Below, piece after piece: positions 45,105 to 54,370 of a stretch of DNA of 64,000 nucleotides; position 1 is the first letter of the stretch, and each line of letters begins with the position of its first letter. This DNA is from a virus (taxonomy: Duplodnaviria; Caudoviricetes), in the IMG/VR virus record IMGVR_UViG_3300015608_004971; one strand, written 5' to 3'. Both the position numbers and the translations under genes were made by a program. The notes beneath the pieces are model-generated. The model searched no databases. It was not told where the DNA came from and saw only the letters and a program-made list of their open reading frames with translations.

Positions 45105-46415
45105 ATGGCATATAGAGCTTATGTTGTCTCAATCAAGGTATCAGACCATCCAGATCCTGAGGTGCATTCTATTGCATTAGGAAATGCAAACGGCAATACC
45201 GTTGTTGTTTCAAAAAAGGTTAAAGATGGCGATCTTGGTATTTATTTTGAATGCGATGGCCAGCTCTCTAAAGAATTTGCATTGGCAAACGATCTTATTC
45301 GCCATACAGATCCTGATACTGGTGAAAAAAAGGGTGGATTTTTCGATGAAAATCGAAAAGTCAGAGCACAGAAATTTAGAGGAATTAGATCTGATGGGTT
45401 TTGGATCGGAATTGAATCACTTTCTTTTATTAAAAATTTTGATCTTTCATCTCTGAAAGATGGTGATTCTTTTACTGAGATAAACGGTATTCCTATTTGT
45501 AATAAGTTTGTCACCAAAGCAACACAAAAGGCATCTAACGATAAGAAAGTGAAAAATACTCTTCATAAAGAGGAAAAGCTTTCTATTGTGTTTCCAAAGC
45601 ACTTTGATACAGATCAATTTAGACATGAAGCAAAAAAACTGCAAGTTGGCGATATTATTAGCATTACAGAAAAAATTCACGGCTCAAGTCAGAGATTTGG
45701 CTATGTTAAAGTTAAACATTTTTATCGTAAATTTAGTCTGAAATGGTTTAAAAATAAACTTGGCTTTCTTTCTGATGAAACTTATGAGCACGTCATTGGA
45801 ACAAGAAATGTAACAATGAATCCAATAGAATCTAGCAAAAACAGCAATCGTGGTTTCTATGAAGATGAGACTTTTAGACAAAGATGCGTTCAATCACTAA
45901 TTGGCAAACTTTATAAGAATGAAATGATCTTTTTTGAAGTTGTTGGTTGGACAAATAAAGATGTCCCGATCATGCCACCAGCAAAAATTAAAGATCTTAA
46001 AGATAAATCTCTGAAAAAATATGGCGATACAATGTACTACTCGTACTTAACAAATCAAGGCGAAGCAGATATTTATGTTTATCGTATTGCTAATTTGATG
46101 GAAAATGGCGACTTAATCGATCTTACCTTTGAGCAAGTTAAAGAACGCTGCAAAGAACTTAATATTAAGCATGTTAATGAGATTTGCCAAAAGTTTATTT
46201 ATGATGGAGATGAAGAGAAGCTTCGTGAATTGGTGGAATCATTAACTGATGGCGACAGCTTGATAGATACTTCTCATTTAAGAGAAGGTGTTTGTGTTCG
46301 TGCTGAAAGATATAGAACACCTTTTGTTTTAAAAAATAAGAGTTTTTATTTTAAATTGGCCGAGGGTATGGCCAAAGAAAAAGAAGATTATTTAGATGAA
46401 GAGGAATCGGCGTAA
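45105..46415 (+). CDS. RNA ligase (DRB0094-like, with N-terminal OB domain)
   Basis: 'RAQKFRG..SDG', 'FPKHFDT', motif I 'TEKIHGSS', 'EGVCVR', 'LKNKSF.F'. Confidence 0.85.
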   Translation: MAYRAYVVSIKVSDHPDPEVHSIALGNANGNTVVVSKKVKDGDLGIYFECDGQLSKEFALANDLIRHTDPDTGEKKGGFFDENRKVRAQKFRGIRSDGFWIGIESLSFIKNFDLSSLKDGDSFTEINGIPICNKFVTKATQKASNDKKVKNTLHKEEKLSIVFPKHFDTDQFRHEAKKLQVGDIISITEKIHGSSQRFGYVKVKHFYRKFSLKWFKNKLGFLSDETYEHVIGTRNVTMNPIESSKNSNRGFYEDETFRQRCVQSLIGKLYKNEMIFFEVVGWTNKDVPIMPPAKIKDLKDKSLKKYGDTMYYSYLTNQGEADIYVYRIANLMENGDLIDLTFEQVKERCKELNIKHVNEICQKFIYDGDEEKLRELVESLTDGDSLIDTSHLREGVCVRAERYRTPFVLKNKSFYFKLAEGMAKEKEDYLDEEESA

Positions 46416-46416
46416 A

Positions 46417-46737
46417 ATGATTTTATATAAAGAAAAAAGCGAGAAAGGCTTTTTTGAAATAAAATTTTATAAAATTTCAAAATCAAGACATAGTGAAGAG
46501 CTTTTTAGAAGCGATGGGTTTTATGCAGGCATTCATTATAGTAAAAGAAATACTTTTATAGCAAAAGTAAAAAGTTTTTATTTAAACGATAGCAAAAGAA
46601 GTCAAGAAATAAAGAGACATAAAACTTTTTGTTTTTATAATAATTTAATATTTAAAGAATATGATCTTTTTAAAAAACAAATGAAAAAAAGAGGATTTAA
46701 AACTTATCATCTACCCATATTAACTGATTTTATATAG
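46417..46737 (+). CDS. Small paralog (MI.Y...R.DG...DFI)
   Basis: 'MILY...RSDG...TDFI'. Confidence 0.55.
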   Translation: MILYKEKSEKGFFEIKFYKISKSRHSEELFRSDGFYAGIHYSKRNTFIAKVKSFYLNDSKRSQEIKRHKTFCFYNNLIFKEYDLFKKQMKKRGFKTYHLPILTDFI

Positions 46738-46748
46738 AAAGGAAAAAA

Positions 46749-47777
46749 ATGATTAATTTTGTTGATACAGTATTAGGTTTATCTTATGGAGACGAAGGCA
46801 AAGGGAAGATTACGCACCTTCTTTCATCAAAAAATAAATATGATTTCTGTTTGCGCGTCGCTGGCGGCGCAAATGCTGGCCATACCATCTTTCATAATGG
46901 AAAAAAATTTGTAACACATATTATACCAACTGGTATATTTTATGGAATACCTGGCATTATTGGCTCTGGGTGTGTTTTAAATGTAGGACAATTTTTTAAT
47001 GAAATTTCTGAACTAAAAAAAAGCGGAATTAATCTAACAAATAAAGTATTTATTGCAGAAAATTGTCATATTGTTCAAGATAAGCATTTGCAAGAAGAAG
47101 TTGCAGAAGCAAAAATTGGAACAACCAAACGTGGAATTGGACCAGCATATCGCGATAAATATGCAAGAGAAGGTCTTCGTGCGAAAGACATCCCAGAGCT
47201 AAAATCATATATTGTTGATCTCTATGCGCTTTTTTATGATAATAATAAAGATGTTAATATTTTGTGCGAAGGCGCTCAAGGCTTTAACCTTGATATTGAT
47301 TGGGGTGACTATCCATTTGTAACATCTAGTCACGCTACAATAGCTGGTGTAATTCAAAATGGTATAACACCAAGTAAAATTCGCAATACTTATGGTATTA
47401 TTAAAGCTTATGATACTTATGTTGGCTCAAAATCTTTTGAAGATAAAAATTGTCAAGATTCTCATTTATTTCAAAAAATGAGAGATTTAGGTCAAGAATA
47501 TGGCGCCACAACTGGACGGCCACGCCAATGTAATTGGCTTAATATGGATAATGTGCTAAAAGCGGCAAGGATGAACGGAACAAAATTTATATGTATGAAT
47601 AAGATGGACATTCTTCAGGAAATTGGAGAATATAAATATTATTTCAATAATACTTTAAAATCAACATCTTCAAAAGAAGATTTTCTAGATGAAATACAAA
47701 AAATCGTAAATATGGCAGGGTCAGCTTTACTTGTATCATATGGGCCAGATAAAGATTATGAATTAATTCGTAAATAA
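46749..47777 (+). CDS. purA: Adenylosuccinate synthetase
   Basis: 'GDEGKGK', 'GGANAGHT', 'IGTTKRGIGPAY', 'EGAQG', 'YPFVTSS', 'TTGRPR'. Confidence 0.92.
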   Translation: MINFVDTVLGLSYGDEGKGKITHLLSSKNKYDFCLRVAGGANAGHTIFHNGKKFVTHIIPTGIFYGIPGIIGSGCVLNVGQFFNEISELKKSGINLTNKVFIAENCHIVQDKHLQEEVAEAKIGTTKRGIGPAYRDKYAREGLRAKDIPELKSYIVDLYALFYDNNKDVNILCEGAQGFNLDIDWGDYPFVTSSHATIAGVIQNGITPSKIRNTYGIIKAYDTYVGSKSFEDKNCQDSHLFQKMRDLGQEYGATTGRPRQCNWLNMDNVLKAARMNGTKFICMNKMDILQEIGEYKYYFNNTLKSTSSKEDFLDEIQKIVNMAGSALLVSYGPDKDYELIRK

Positions 47778-47797
47778 TTTAAAAAAAGGAAAAATAA

Positions 47798-47992
47798 ATG
47801 AAATTTAAGCTAGTAGATGGAAAGCCTGTAAATTTTAATGTAGATAAACTTATTGATTTTTTATCAAATTTTCAATCTAATAAGGTTCGCTTTGTAAGAT
47901 CTGGAAAATTTATTTTCATTGAGGATCCATCAAAAGAAGATTATGATGAAGACGACGACGAATCAGGCAACGAAACAACTGAAGAGCTATAA
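47798..47992 (+). CDS. Small protein with acidic tail
   Basis: AAGGA RBS, 64 aa. Confidence 0.55.
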   Translation: MKFKLVDGKPVNFNVDKLIDFLSNFQSNKVRFVRSGKFIFIEDPSKEDYDEDDDESGNETTEEL

Positions 47993-47994
47993 TC

Positions 47995-48822
47995 ATGCTT
48001 AGAAAGCCAAGAACAACGCTTAGAGCAATAAATAGAGCTTTAGAAGAATTTGAAGATGATGAACCAATTTTTTATTTAAAGCTTAAAAAAACAAATACAT
48101 TTGTTAAAAATATTTATAGTTCTAAATTTGATTTTAATTTTTTCACGTATAAAAAAATGTATTATGTATGTAATAAAACTAACCAGAAATTTGAATATAA
48201 TCGTTTTATTACTCCTCCGGAAGATATTACCTGGAGATATGATGGCCAAGAAGATATGACCATACTTATCGACGGCAAAATATACGGTCAACAACTTTTG
48301 GCCTTTGAGCATAAAAAAAATAAGAACTTAATTGTATTAAAAATAAGAGACGAAGAGGCCGCATCAAACATAAGAGAATCATTAGTAAAAACATATATTT
48401 TAAGAAAAAAGCTATTAAAAAATGATGTCTTTTTTCTATCTAATGATGATAATAAAGTTTTTAAAAATTTATCAATAGCAAATAGAAATAAAGAAGAGCT
48501 AGAAGAGATTTTATTAAAAATGTTTATTGGTGAACTTCCTGCTTTTCCAATAAAACAACTTTGTTTTGAAAGAACAGAAAAATTTAAATCTGTGTTTTTC
48601 TCTAGAAATCCAATGGAGCTTTTATATCCATTATTGAATAATGGAGAATTTACTAATTCGGCAGAAGTAGAAATGTCAAATATAATTGGAAAGGCTGATA
48701 TATTTGCGGATAAAATAACTTTATGCAAGCTTCAATTTGATTTTAAAAATAATGAAATTAGCAACGTTGACGAATTACTAACAGAGTTTACAGTTTCTTC
48801 GGCAAAAAGAATAAAAATTTAA
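47995..48822 (+). CDS. Hypothetical protein
   Basis: 275 aa; weak similarity to next ORF. Confidence 0.55.
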   Translation: MLRKPRTTLRAINRALEEFEDDEPIFYLKLKKTNTFVKNIYSSKFDFNFFTYKKMYYVCNKTNQKFEYNRFITPPEDITWRYDGQEDMTILIDGKIYGQQLLAFEHKKNKNLIVLKIRDEEAASNIRESLVKTYILRKKLLKNDVFFLSNDDNKVFKNLSIANRNKEELEEILLKMFIGELPAFPIKQLCFERTEKFKSVFFSRNPMELLYPLLNNGEFTNSAEVEMSNIIGKADIFADKITLCKLQFDFKNNEISNVDELLTEFTVSSAKRIKI

Positions 48823-48838
48823 ATTTAGAGGTATACAA

Positions 48839-49546
48839 ATGTCATATATTGGTAATATAAAAATCGGCAATTTAATTGAACAAATAGATGGAAAAGTTTA
48901 TTATTGTTTAAAACATAAAGCAACAAATCTTTATGTAAGCGGAATATATAGAAGCGAAATAAGTTTGCCAGATAGAAAGAAGAGCTCTGGAATTGAGCCG
49001 GCTATTCTTTGTGATGAAAATTACGATACAAATCTTCATAGAAGAGTTTATAAACTTATAAAAATTAATAATTATAAAGAAACTAAACAAGCTTTAACGA
49101 AAGCAAAACAATATAGACAAAAGCTTGTGAATCAAAATATTATTTTTCTCGATGATGAAGATAAAATAAAATTAAAAAATTTAAATTTTAAGAAAATGAA
49201 AGATCAAGAAATTTTTGATTTTGTTAAAGATTTTTATGAGGATAAAATTTCTTATTTTAAGAAAAGTTCTTATGGTTTACAAAAGACACAAACGATCAAT
49301 AATTCTCTTTTTACAGAAAATCCATCGTCTCTTTTGCATTCTTTTTTTGAAAATAAATTTAATTTTAGATATCAAGATAATTTAAATTCTGAATTGGCAT
49401 CCGTTATACCTCGAATTAATGAAATTTTAGATATATTTGAAATTCATAAAATAGAATTTGGAATTAAACAGGATGATTTGATTGACGAAGAACAATTGAC
49501 GACAGACTTAACAGTTTCAATAGTAAATTGGAATGCAGATAAATAA
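48839..49546 (+). CDS. Hypothetical protein
   Basis: 235 aa, GAGG RBS. Confidence 0.55.
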   Translation: MSYIGNIKIGNLIEQIDGKVYYCLKHKATNLYVSGIYRSEISLPDRKKSSGIEPAILCDENYDTNLHRRVYKLIKINNYKETKQALTKAKQYRQKLVNQNIIFLDDEDKIKLKNLNFKKMKDQEIFDFVKDFYEDKISYFKKSSYGLQKTQTINNSLFTENPSSLLHSFFENKFNFRYQDNLNSELASVIPRINEILDIFEIHKIEFGIKQDDLIDEEQLTTDLTVSIVNWNADK

Positions 49547-49573
49547 TATGGTGCTGGCTTTTGGCGCTGGCGT

Positions 49574-49638
49574 TTGACAGCCAGCGCCAGCCGTGCTATC
49601 ATGCTTCACGCAACACAGCGGCAGCACAATAAAGCCGC
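49574..49638 (+). promoter_or_regulatory. Early promoter/stem-loop cassette, copy 2
   Basis: Identical 34 nt core; hairpin GCGGC-agcacaataaa-GCCGC. Confidence 0.88.
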
Positions 49639-49656
49639 AGCGATAAGGATCAGCAA

Positions 49657-50055
49657 ATGAGCAGCAGCAGCAACAAAAACGAAACAATCCTGAAGCTTGT
49701 TGCCGAGCTTAAGGAATCGGCAATTGACGGAATTTCAATTAACGTTTCGGAGAAGCCGGATGGATCGGTTTCTGTGGTTTTTCACCAATCTTCGACTGAA
49801 ATCGATCTTGATTTGCCAACAGAAATCGGTTGTTATGGTACTAAATATTGGAGAAACAAAAAGGGAAATCTTCATCGTGACGGCGATCTGCCTGCCGTTA
49901 TTTATGCTGATGGAACCAAATCTTATTATAAGAACGGAAATTGCCATCGCGAGGGCGGAAAGCCCGCAATGATCACAAAAAAACGATATGAATATTGGAT
50001 CGATGGAAAGCACATTTTGACTGTCAATCATAAGAATGGCGTTGTTGAGGTTTGA
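49657..50055 (+). CDS. HRDGDLPA-repeat protein, paralog B (2 repeats)
   Basis: Same N-terminal domain as 42677 and 55023. Confidence 0.8.
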   Translation: MSSSSNKNETILKLVAELKESAIDGISINVSEKPDGSVSVVFHQSSTEIDLDLPTEIGCYGTKYWRNKKGNLHRDGDLPAVIYADGTKSYYKNGNCHREGGKPAMITKKRYEYWIDGKHILTVNHKNGVVEV

Positions 50056-50109
50056 TAAGTAAAAATTATTGAACAATATTTTATTCATTGAAAAATAACA
50101 GGAATAAAG

Positions 50110-50679
50110 ATGGATACAGCCAATAATAGCAAGCTAAATCTTCGTCAAAAGTATAAAGATTGGACAGTAGATTTGGTTCGCAAGGATATTCAAAAGACAG
50201 TATTTCCATATTCATGCTTCATGTTTAATTGGAGCGGTGACATGAATATGGCATCAGCGATTAGATCCGGAAATGGTCTTGGTTGTAAAGAATTCTTTTA
50301 TTTTGGAAAGAAAAAGTGGGATAGAAGAGGTTCTGTCGGAACACACCATTATTCGATGGTTTCTTTTGTTAAGGAGATGGACGATTTTTTGAAAATGAAG
50401 GAAAAATATCATTTCATTGGAATTGATAATAATCATAACTTTAAATGCCATGAGATGCAAGATTTCCTTTGGGAAACAAAGGACGGCAAAGAACCTCTTC
50501 TTATTTTCGGTGAAGAAGGCGGCGGCCTTACAGAAGACATTCTTTCGATTTGTGATGATATCGTTTTCATTCCAATGTTTGGAAGCGTTCCAAGCTTTAA
50601 TGTATCATGTTGCGCTTCTATGGTAATGTATGATATTGTTACGAAAAAATTCCTCAACAAAGAGAAAGAGGATAAGTAA
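50110..50679 (+). CDS. SpoU/TrmH-family RNA 2'-O-methyltransferase
   Basis: 'NMASAIRS', 'IFGEEGGGL', 'IPMFGSVPSFNVS'. Confidence 0.88.
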   Translation: MDTANNSKLNLRQKYKDWTVDLVRKDIQKTVFPYSCFMFNWSGDMNMASAIRSGNGLGCKEFFYFGKKKWDRRGSVGTHHYSMVSFVKEMDDFLKMKEKYHFIGIDNNHNFKCHEMQDFLWETKDGKEPLLIFGEEGGGLTEDILSICDDIVFIPMFGSVPSFNVSCCASMVMYDIVTKKFLNKEKEDK

Positions 50680-50683
50680 TTAA

Positions 50684-51364
50684 ATGATTTTCCAATTAGG
50701 AAATTCAACGCTTCAAACAAGCGATAAAGAACTGGCCGAAAGATGGACAATTCCAGAATTGCGCTATTCTGAGCTTGAAATAGCTTTATCTTTCAATTAT
50801 ACTTACGAATTTATTAGTTGCTATAAAAGATGCAGAAAAAAAGAAAGAAAGTTTTTGATTTATAAATCAAAAATTATGCAGATTGAAAAATGGTGGTATT
50901 TTGAGAATAAAGAGTCTCAAAATGAAATTGAATGCTTATTTGTCAATAATGATGGAATGATAGAATCACAATTTTTTTGGTCGACAAATCGGCCTTCATC
51001 GCTTGATATGATTGAGGCTGGAAAGAAAGGTCATGTTGGAAGCGTTTTTGTTCAATCATCAACATTGACTGGGCATTCTGAATATCTTGACGAATGCTTC
51101 TTTACTAAAGATGAACAAATAAAATATATTCAGCATGAATTTAATAATGGAAAAATGCCAAAATTAACTCATAAAGAGAAATATTTAAAACAGCGTCTTT
51201 CTGAAAGAAATCGTTGGTTGTATGCCAACAGAGCATCCGTAAATGTTTCTTATATTGTAAAAAAAGAACATCTAAAGGCTTATTCAAACTCAATGAGAAC
51301 ATTTGCTCGTCATAACGTGAAATATTCACCAAGAAATGTATTTGAAAATAATCATATTATTTAA
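50684..51364 (+). CDS. Hypothetical protein, paralog of 60627
   Basis: Shared 'T.DK.L.ERW', 'N.IEC', 'S.F.WS', 'VF.Q.S...GHS.YL'. Confidence 0.65.
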   Translation: MIFQLGNSTLQTSDKELAERWTIPELRYSELEIALSFNYTYEFISCYKRCRKKERKFLIYKSKIMQIEKWWYFENKESQNEIECLFVNNDGMIESQFFWSTNRPSSLDMIEAGKKGHVGSVFVQSSTLTGHSEYLDECFFTKDEQIKYIQHEFNNGKMPKLTHKEKYLKQRLSERNRWLYANRASVNVSYIVKKEHLKAYSNSMRTFARHNVKYSPRNVFENNHII

Positions 51365-51391
51365 GAAAGTTAAAAATGAATTTTAACATCC

Positions 51392-51418
51392 CTTTCTTTA
51401 ATTAAAGAAAGCTTTTTT
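51392..51418 (+). terminator. Perfect 20 bp palindrome followed by T-run
   Basis: CTTTCTTTAATTAAAGAAAG. Confidence 0.55.
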
Positions 51419-51475
51419 ATAGGTTGATTTCTTCTTAAAATTTGTTTATCATGTTGCATATTTATAAGCATAGAT

Positions 51476-51766
51476 ATGCAGGTGAAAATAATGAACAAAG
51501 ATTTAAGATTATTGGAAGCAGAATCATATATAGGAAAAATTTTTAGAAATAAAAGCGGCGGTGTAAATCTGCTTGATCTTTATATAATAATAACAGATGC
51601 AAAACAGAGAGACAATACAATGATTTCATCATCAATTTCAGCTAGAGATAAAATTTTTAAGGATTCAATAACAATTTCCTATATTGAATTGTCTAATGAC
51701 GAAAAGCCTTCTTTCGTAGAAGAATGTCCATTATCTTATATTAAATATTCTTTTGTTGAAGTTTAA
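51476..51766 (+). CDS. Hypothetical protein
   Basis: 96 aa; TTGATT-N17-TATCAT upstream (51424-51452). Confidence 0.5.
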   Translation: MQVKIMNKDLRLLEAESYIGKIFRNKSGGVNLLDLYIIITDAKQRDNTMISSSISARDKIFKDSITISYIELSNDEKPSFVEECPLSYIKYSFVEV

Positions 51767-51791
51767 AAATCTTCTATAAAAAAGAGAAAAA

Positions 51792-52430
51792 ATGTCACAA
51801 GAACTTTCTGTTGTTAAAGATTCTGATAAAGATTTTGATTTTGTAAGCAAAAAAATTCCAATTAATGAAGGCGAATTGGAGCAATATATTATTGCTGTGC
51901 TTCAAAAAGCCGAAGAAGATTACTTAAAAAGTTCTATCAAAAAAGAAAAAGAACAAACTGATGAGCTAAAAAAGCATATTGTATTCTTTTATGATAGAAC
52001 ATATTATGAAGAAAATGTGGCCTTTGTTCTCAATAGAAAAGGCACTCCGATTCAATCGGGGAATATCAAATATAATGTTTTGATGACAAAATATATAAAA
52101 ACGCAAAATTTTAGAATTGTTTGCTCTCTTTGCAAAGCACCCCTCTTTTTTGCAAAAGAATCGAATTCAAATTTTTGGAGTTTTATGCCTGAAAAAGGAA
52201 ATGTTAATGCTAGATGTAATGCTTGTCATAGAAAGGCAACCATGCTATTTCAAACATATTTAGAAGAATTTGATAAAGAAGTCGTTCTAAGGCAACCAAA
52301 AGATAATAATTTTTTATCTAGCCAAAGTGATGGTAATAATATAGCTAATCAAAACAACGATAAACAAATTGAGATTATCCGTCATGCAATTAAAAGTCTA
52401 AAAAAGAGCTCCCACCTTGTGGAATTTTAA
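51792..52430 (+). CDS. Zinc-ribbon protein
   Basis: CSLC and CNAC pairs; A AAA AAG near 3' end. Confidence 0.6.
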   Translation: MSQELSVVKDSDKDFDFVSKKIPINEGELEQYIIAVLQKAEEDYLKSSIKKEKEQTDELKKHIVFFYDRTYYEENVAFVLNRKGTPIQSGNIKYNVLMTKYIKTQNFRIVCSLCKAPLFFAKESNSNFWSFMPEKGNVNARCNACHRKATMLFQTYLEEFDKEVVLRQPKDNNFLSSQSDGNNIANQNNDKQIEIIRHAIKSLKKSSHLVEF

Positions 52431-52612
52431 ATTGTAATGGCCAATGCGATGATTTTAGACATGTGCCAGTTTTACCAATTGAAGATAAAATAGAAGAAAA
52501 CTCTAAAAAACGCAATGATATTGTTGTTAAAGCTTCTTTTATTGGCTTTGGAATACTAACCATTGTCAGTTTTTTAAAGCTATTTTTCTTTATGTAATTT
52601 AGGTTGCTAAAA

Positions 52613-52795
52613 ATGCCAAATTGGACTAATGATGAAGGCGAAAGTATGTTTGCAAAATTGATATGCAAGCGTTGCCAAAATATTTTCGATACAGATAAAA
52701 AAGGCGAAATTCCAACCCATAAATGTCTTAATGGCGATTTATATAAATCGGAATCATCTAATAAAGGACACATCATCCAGTTAAGGTCAAAATAA
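52613..52795 (+). CDS. Small zinc-binding protein
   Basis: CKRC...H.C. Confidence 0.45.
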   Translation: MPNWTNDEGESMFAKLICKRCQNIFDTDKKGEIPTHKCLNGDLYKSESSNKGHIIQLRSK

Positions 52796-52796
52796 A

Positions 52797-53375
52797 ATGA
52801 ATAATGAATTAAAAAATAAAATTGATTTAAAAAGAGAAAATGCAAAATTAAATATTGATAAAGTATTTGATAATTTCATTACAGTTTTAAATTATCTTGA
52901 AAGCAATAATTTAGAGCTTTTTAAATTCATCAATTTTATTATGCAACATAATCCATCTTTTAGAGATGAAATCTCTTTAGAAGGAAGAGAACTATCTCTA
53001 TATATAAGAAATCAATGGTTTTTTATGATGGTAATACCAAATATTACTAATAACGATCCATATAAATTTATTGATGACCTTTCAAATTTTATTTCGTATA
53101 TAACTGATGATATGGAATTCACCATAAAGTGGTGTACCAATATTCCAAGCGCCATAAATAAAAAAGATAAGATGATTGTGGTGCACAAACCATATAATAT
53201 TGATGAAAATATATATCCTGTCTTATTTGAGGATAATTCAGAAATAGCTACACAAAATGTAGACATTTTTCTTCAGGCACTAAAATACAATGAAGATGTT
53301 ATAAATCATGAAACACCTTATGAAAAATTTCTTAAAATAAAAAAAGAACGAGATAATAAGGATAAGGAGCCATAA
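52797..53375 (+). CDS. Hypothetical protein
   Basis: 192 aa ORF in operon. Confidence 0.5.
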   Translation: MNNELKNKIDLKRENAKLNIDKVFDNFITVLNYLESNNLELFKFINFIMQHNPSFRDEISLEGRELSLYIRNQWFFMMVIPNITNNDPYKFIDDLSNFISYITDDMEFTIKWCTNIPSAINKKDKMIVVHKPYNIDENIYPVLFEDNSEIATQNVDIFLQALKYNEDVINHETPYEKFLKIKKERDNKDKEP

Positions 53376-53377
53376 AT

Positions 53378-53890
53378 ATGATTCTATGTATTGATGTTTA
53401 TTATGACGAACAAAATGACCTAAACAAAATAGGTTGTGTTCTTCTTAAAAACTTTGAAGATGAAAAGCCATATAAAACATATGAATTGTTTAAATATGGT
53501 GTTCATCCTTACATTTCTGGTGAATTTTATAAACGAGAAATGCCATGCATTCTTTATGCTTTAAATCATATTTATAATGATGGTGAAAAAGTCGACATTA
53601 TTATTGTTGATGGCTATTGCACGCTAAAATACGATCATATTGGTCTAGGCGAGCATCTTTTTCAAGAATTAAATGAGAATATTATTGTTATTGGTATTGC
53701 AAAAACCTTATATAAAGGTGCTGAATATGTTATGGCTAGGAAAGGTCTATATATTACATCATCTGGCATTCCTAAAGAAAAAGCTGCAGAATATATTGAG
53801 CTTATGCACGGTAAGCACAAAAATCCATCAATCTTAAAGATTGTTGATCACCTATCTAGAGGAATTTTTAATCCTAAATTTAAATATTAA
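53378..53890 (+). CDS. nfi: Endonuclease V (deoxyinosine 3' endonuclease)
   Basis: 'CIDVYY', 'YISGEFYKRE.P', 'IIVDG', 'GLGEHL', 'VIGIAK'. Confidence 0.85.
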   Translation: MILCIDVYYDEQNDLNKIGCVLLKNFEDEKPYKTYELFKYGVHPYISGEFYKREMPCILYALNHIYNDGEKVDIIIVDGYCTLKYDHIGLGEHLFQELNENIIVIGIAKTLYKGAEYVMARKGLYITSSGIPKEKAAEYIELMHGKHKNPSILKIVDHLSRGIFNPKFKY

Positions 53891-53921
53891 ATAGCTTATA
53901 TGGCATGTCAAGCTCTGACGC

Positions 53922-53984
53922 TTGACAGCCAGCGCCAGCCGTGCTATCATGCTTCAAGCAACACAGCGGCAACGATAAAGCCGC
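53922..53984 (+). promoter_or_regulatory. Early promoter/stem-loop cassette, copy 3
   Basis: Identical core and same hairpin as copy 1. Confidence 0.88.
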
Positions 53985-54014
53985 AGCAAGGAAAGCCCCA
54001 AGCGAAGAAGAGGC

Positions 54015-54072
54015 TTGACAGCCAGCGCCAGCCGTGCTATCATGCTTCAAGCAACGCAGCAATCATGCTGCG
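54015..54072 (+). promoter_or_regulatory. Early promoter/stem-loop cassette, copy 4 (tandem with copy 3)
   Basis: Identical core; different hairpin CGCAGCA-atca-TGCTGCG. Confidence 0.88.
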
Positions 54073-54094
54073 CCGATACACGAGACAAGCAAAA

Positions 54095-54364
54095 ATGGAA
54101 ATCGAAAAAATCTCCTTTCCTAAAGTTAAAGATTTTATGCGGCATCATAATTTGATGCCCAAACTACAATTCAATGTCGTTTATTCGGGCTGGGATAGCG
54201 ATAATACTGGTTGGGTTTCTTACGATCGGGAAGGAAATAAAAAATATGTAATGACATGCTGTGGTGTTCCTTATTTTGAGGAAGAATCTAATGTTAGAAA
54301 TCTTATTCAAGATTATCTTTCTTGGATTAAAGAAACAGAAGAAGCTTTGAATTTTAAAATGTAA
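54095..54364 (+). CDS. Small early protein
   Basis: 'MEIEKISFPKVK...'; first plausible start after cassette copy 4. Confidence 0.55.
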   Translation: MEIEKISFPKVKDFMRHHNLMPKLQFNVVYSGWDSDNTGWVSYDREGNKKYVMTCCGVPYFEEESNVRNLIQDYLSWIKETEEALNFKM

Positions 54365-54370
54365 ATAAAC

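Noticed and set aside
46749-47777. PurZ (Z-base genome) call
   Set aside because: Retains the PurA Asp in GDEGKG; PurZ has Ser at this position
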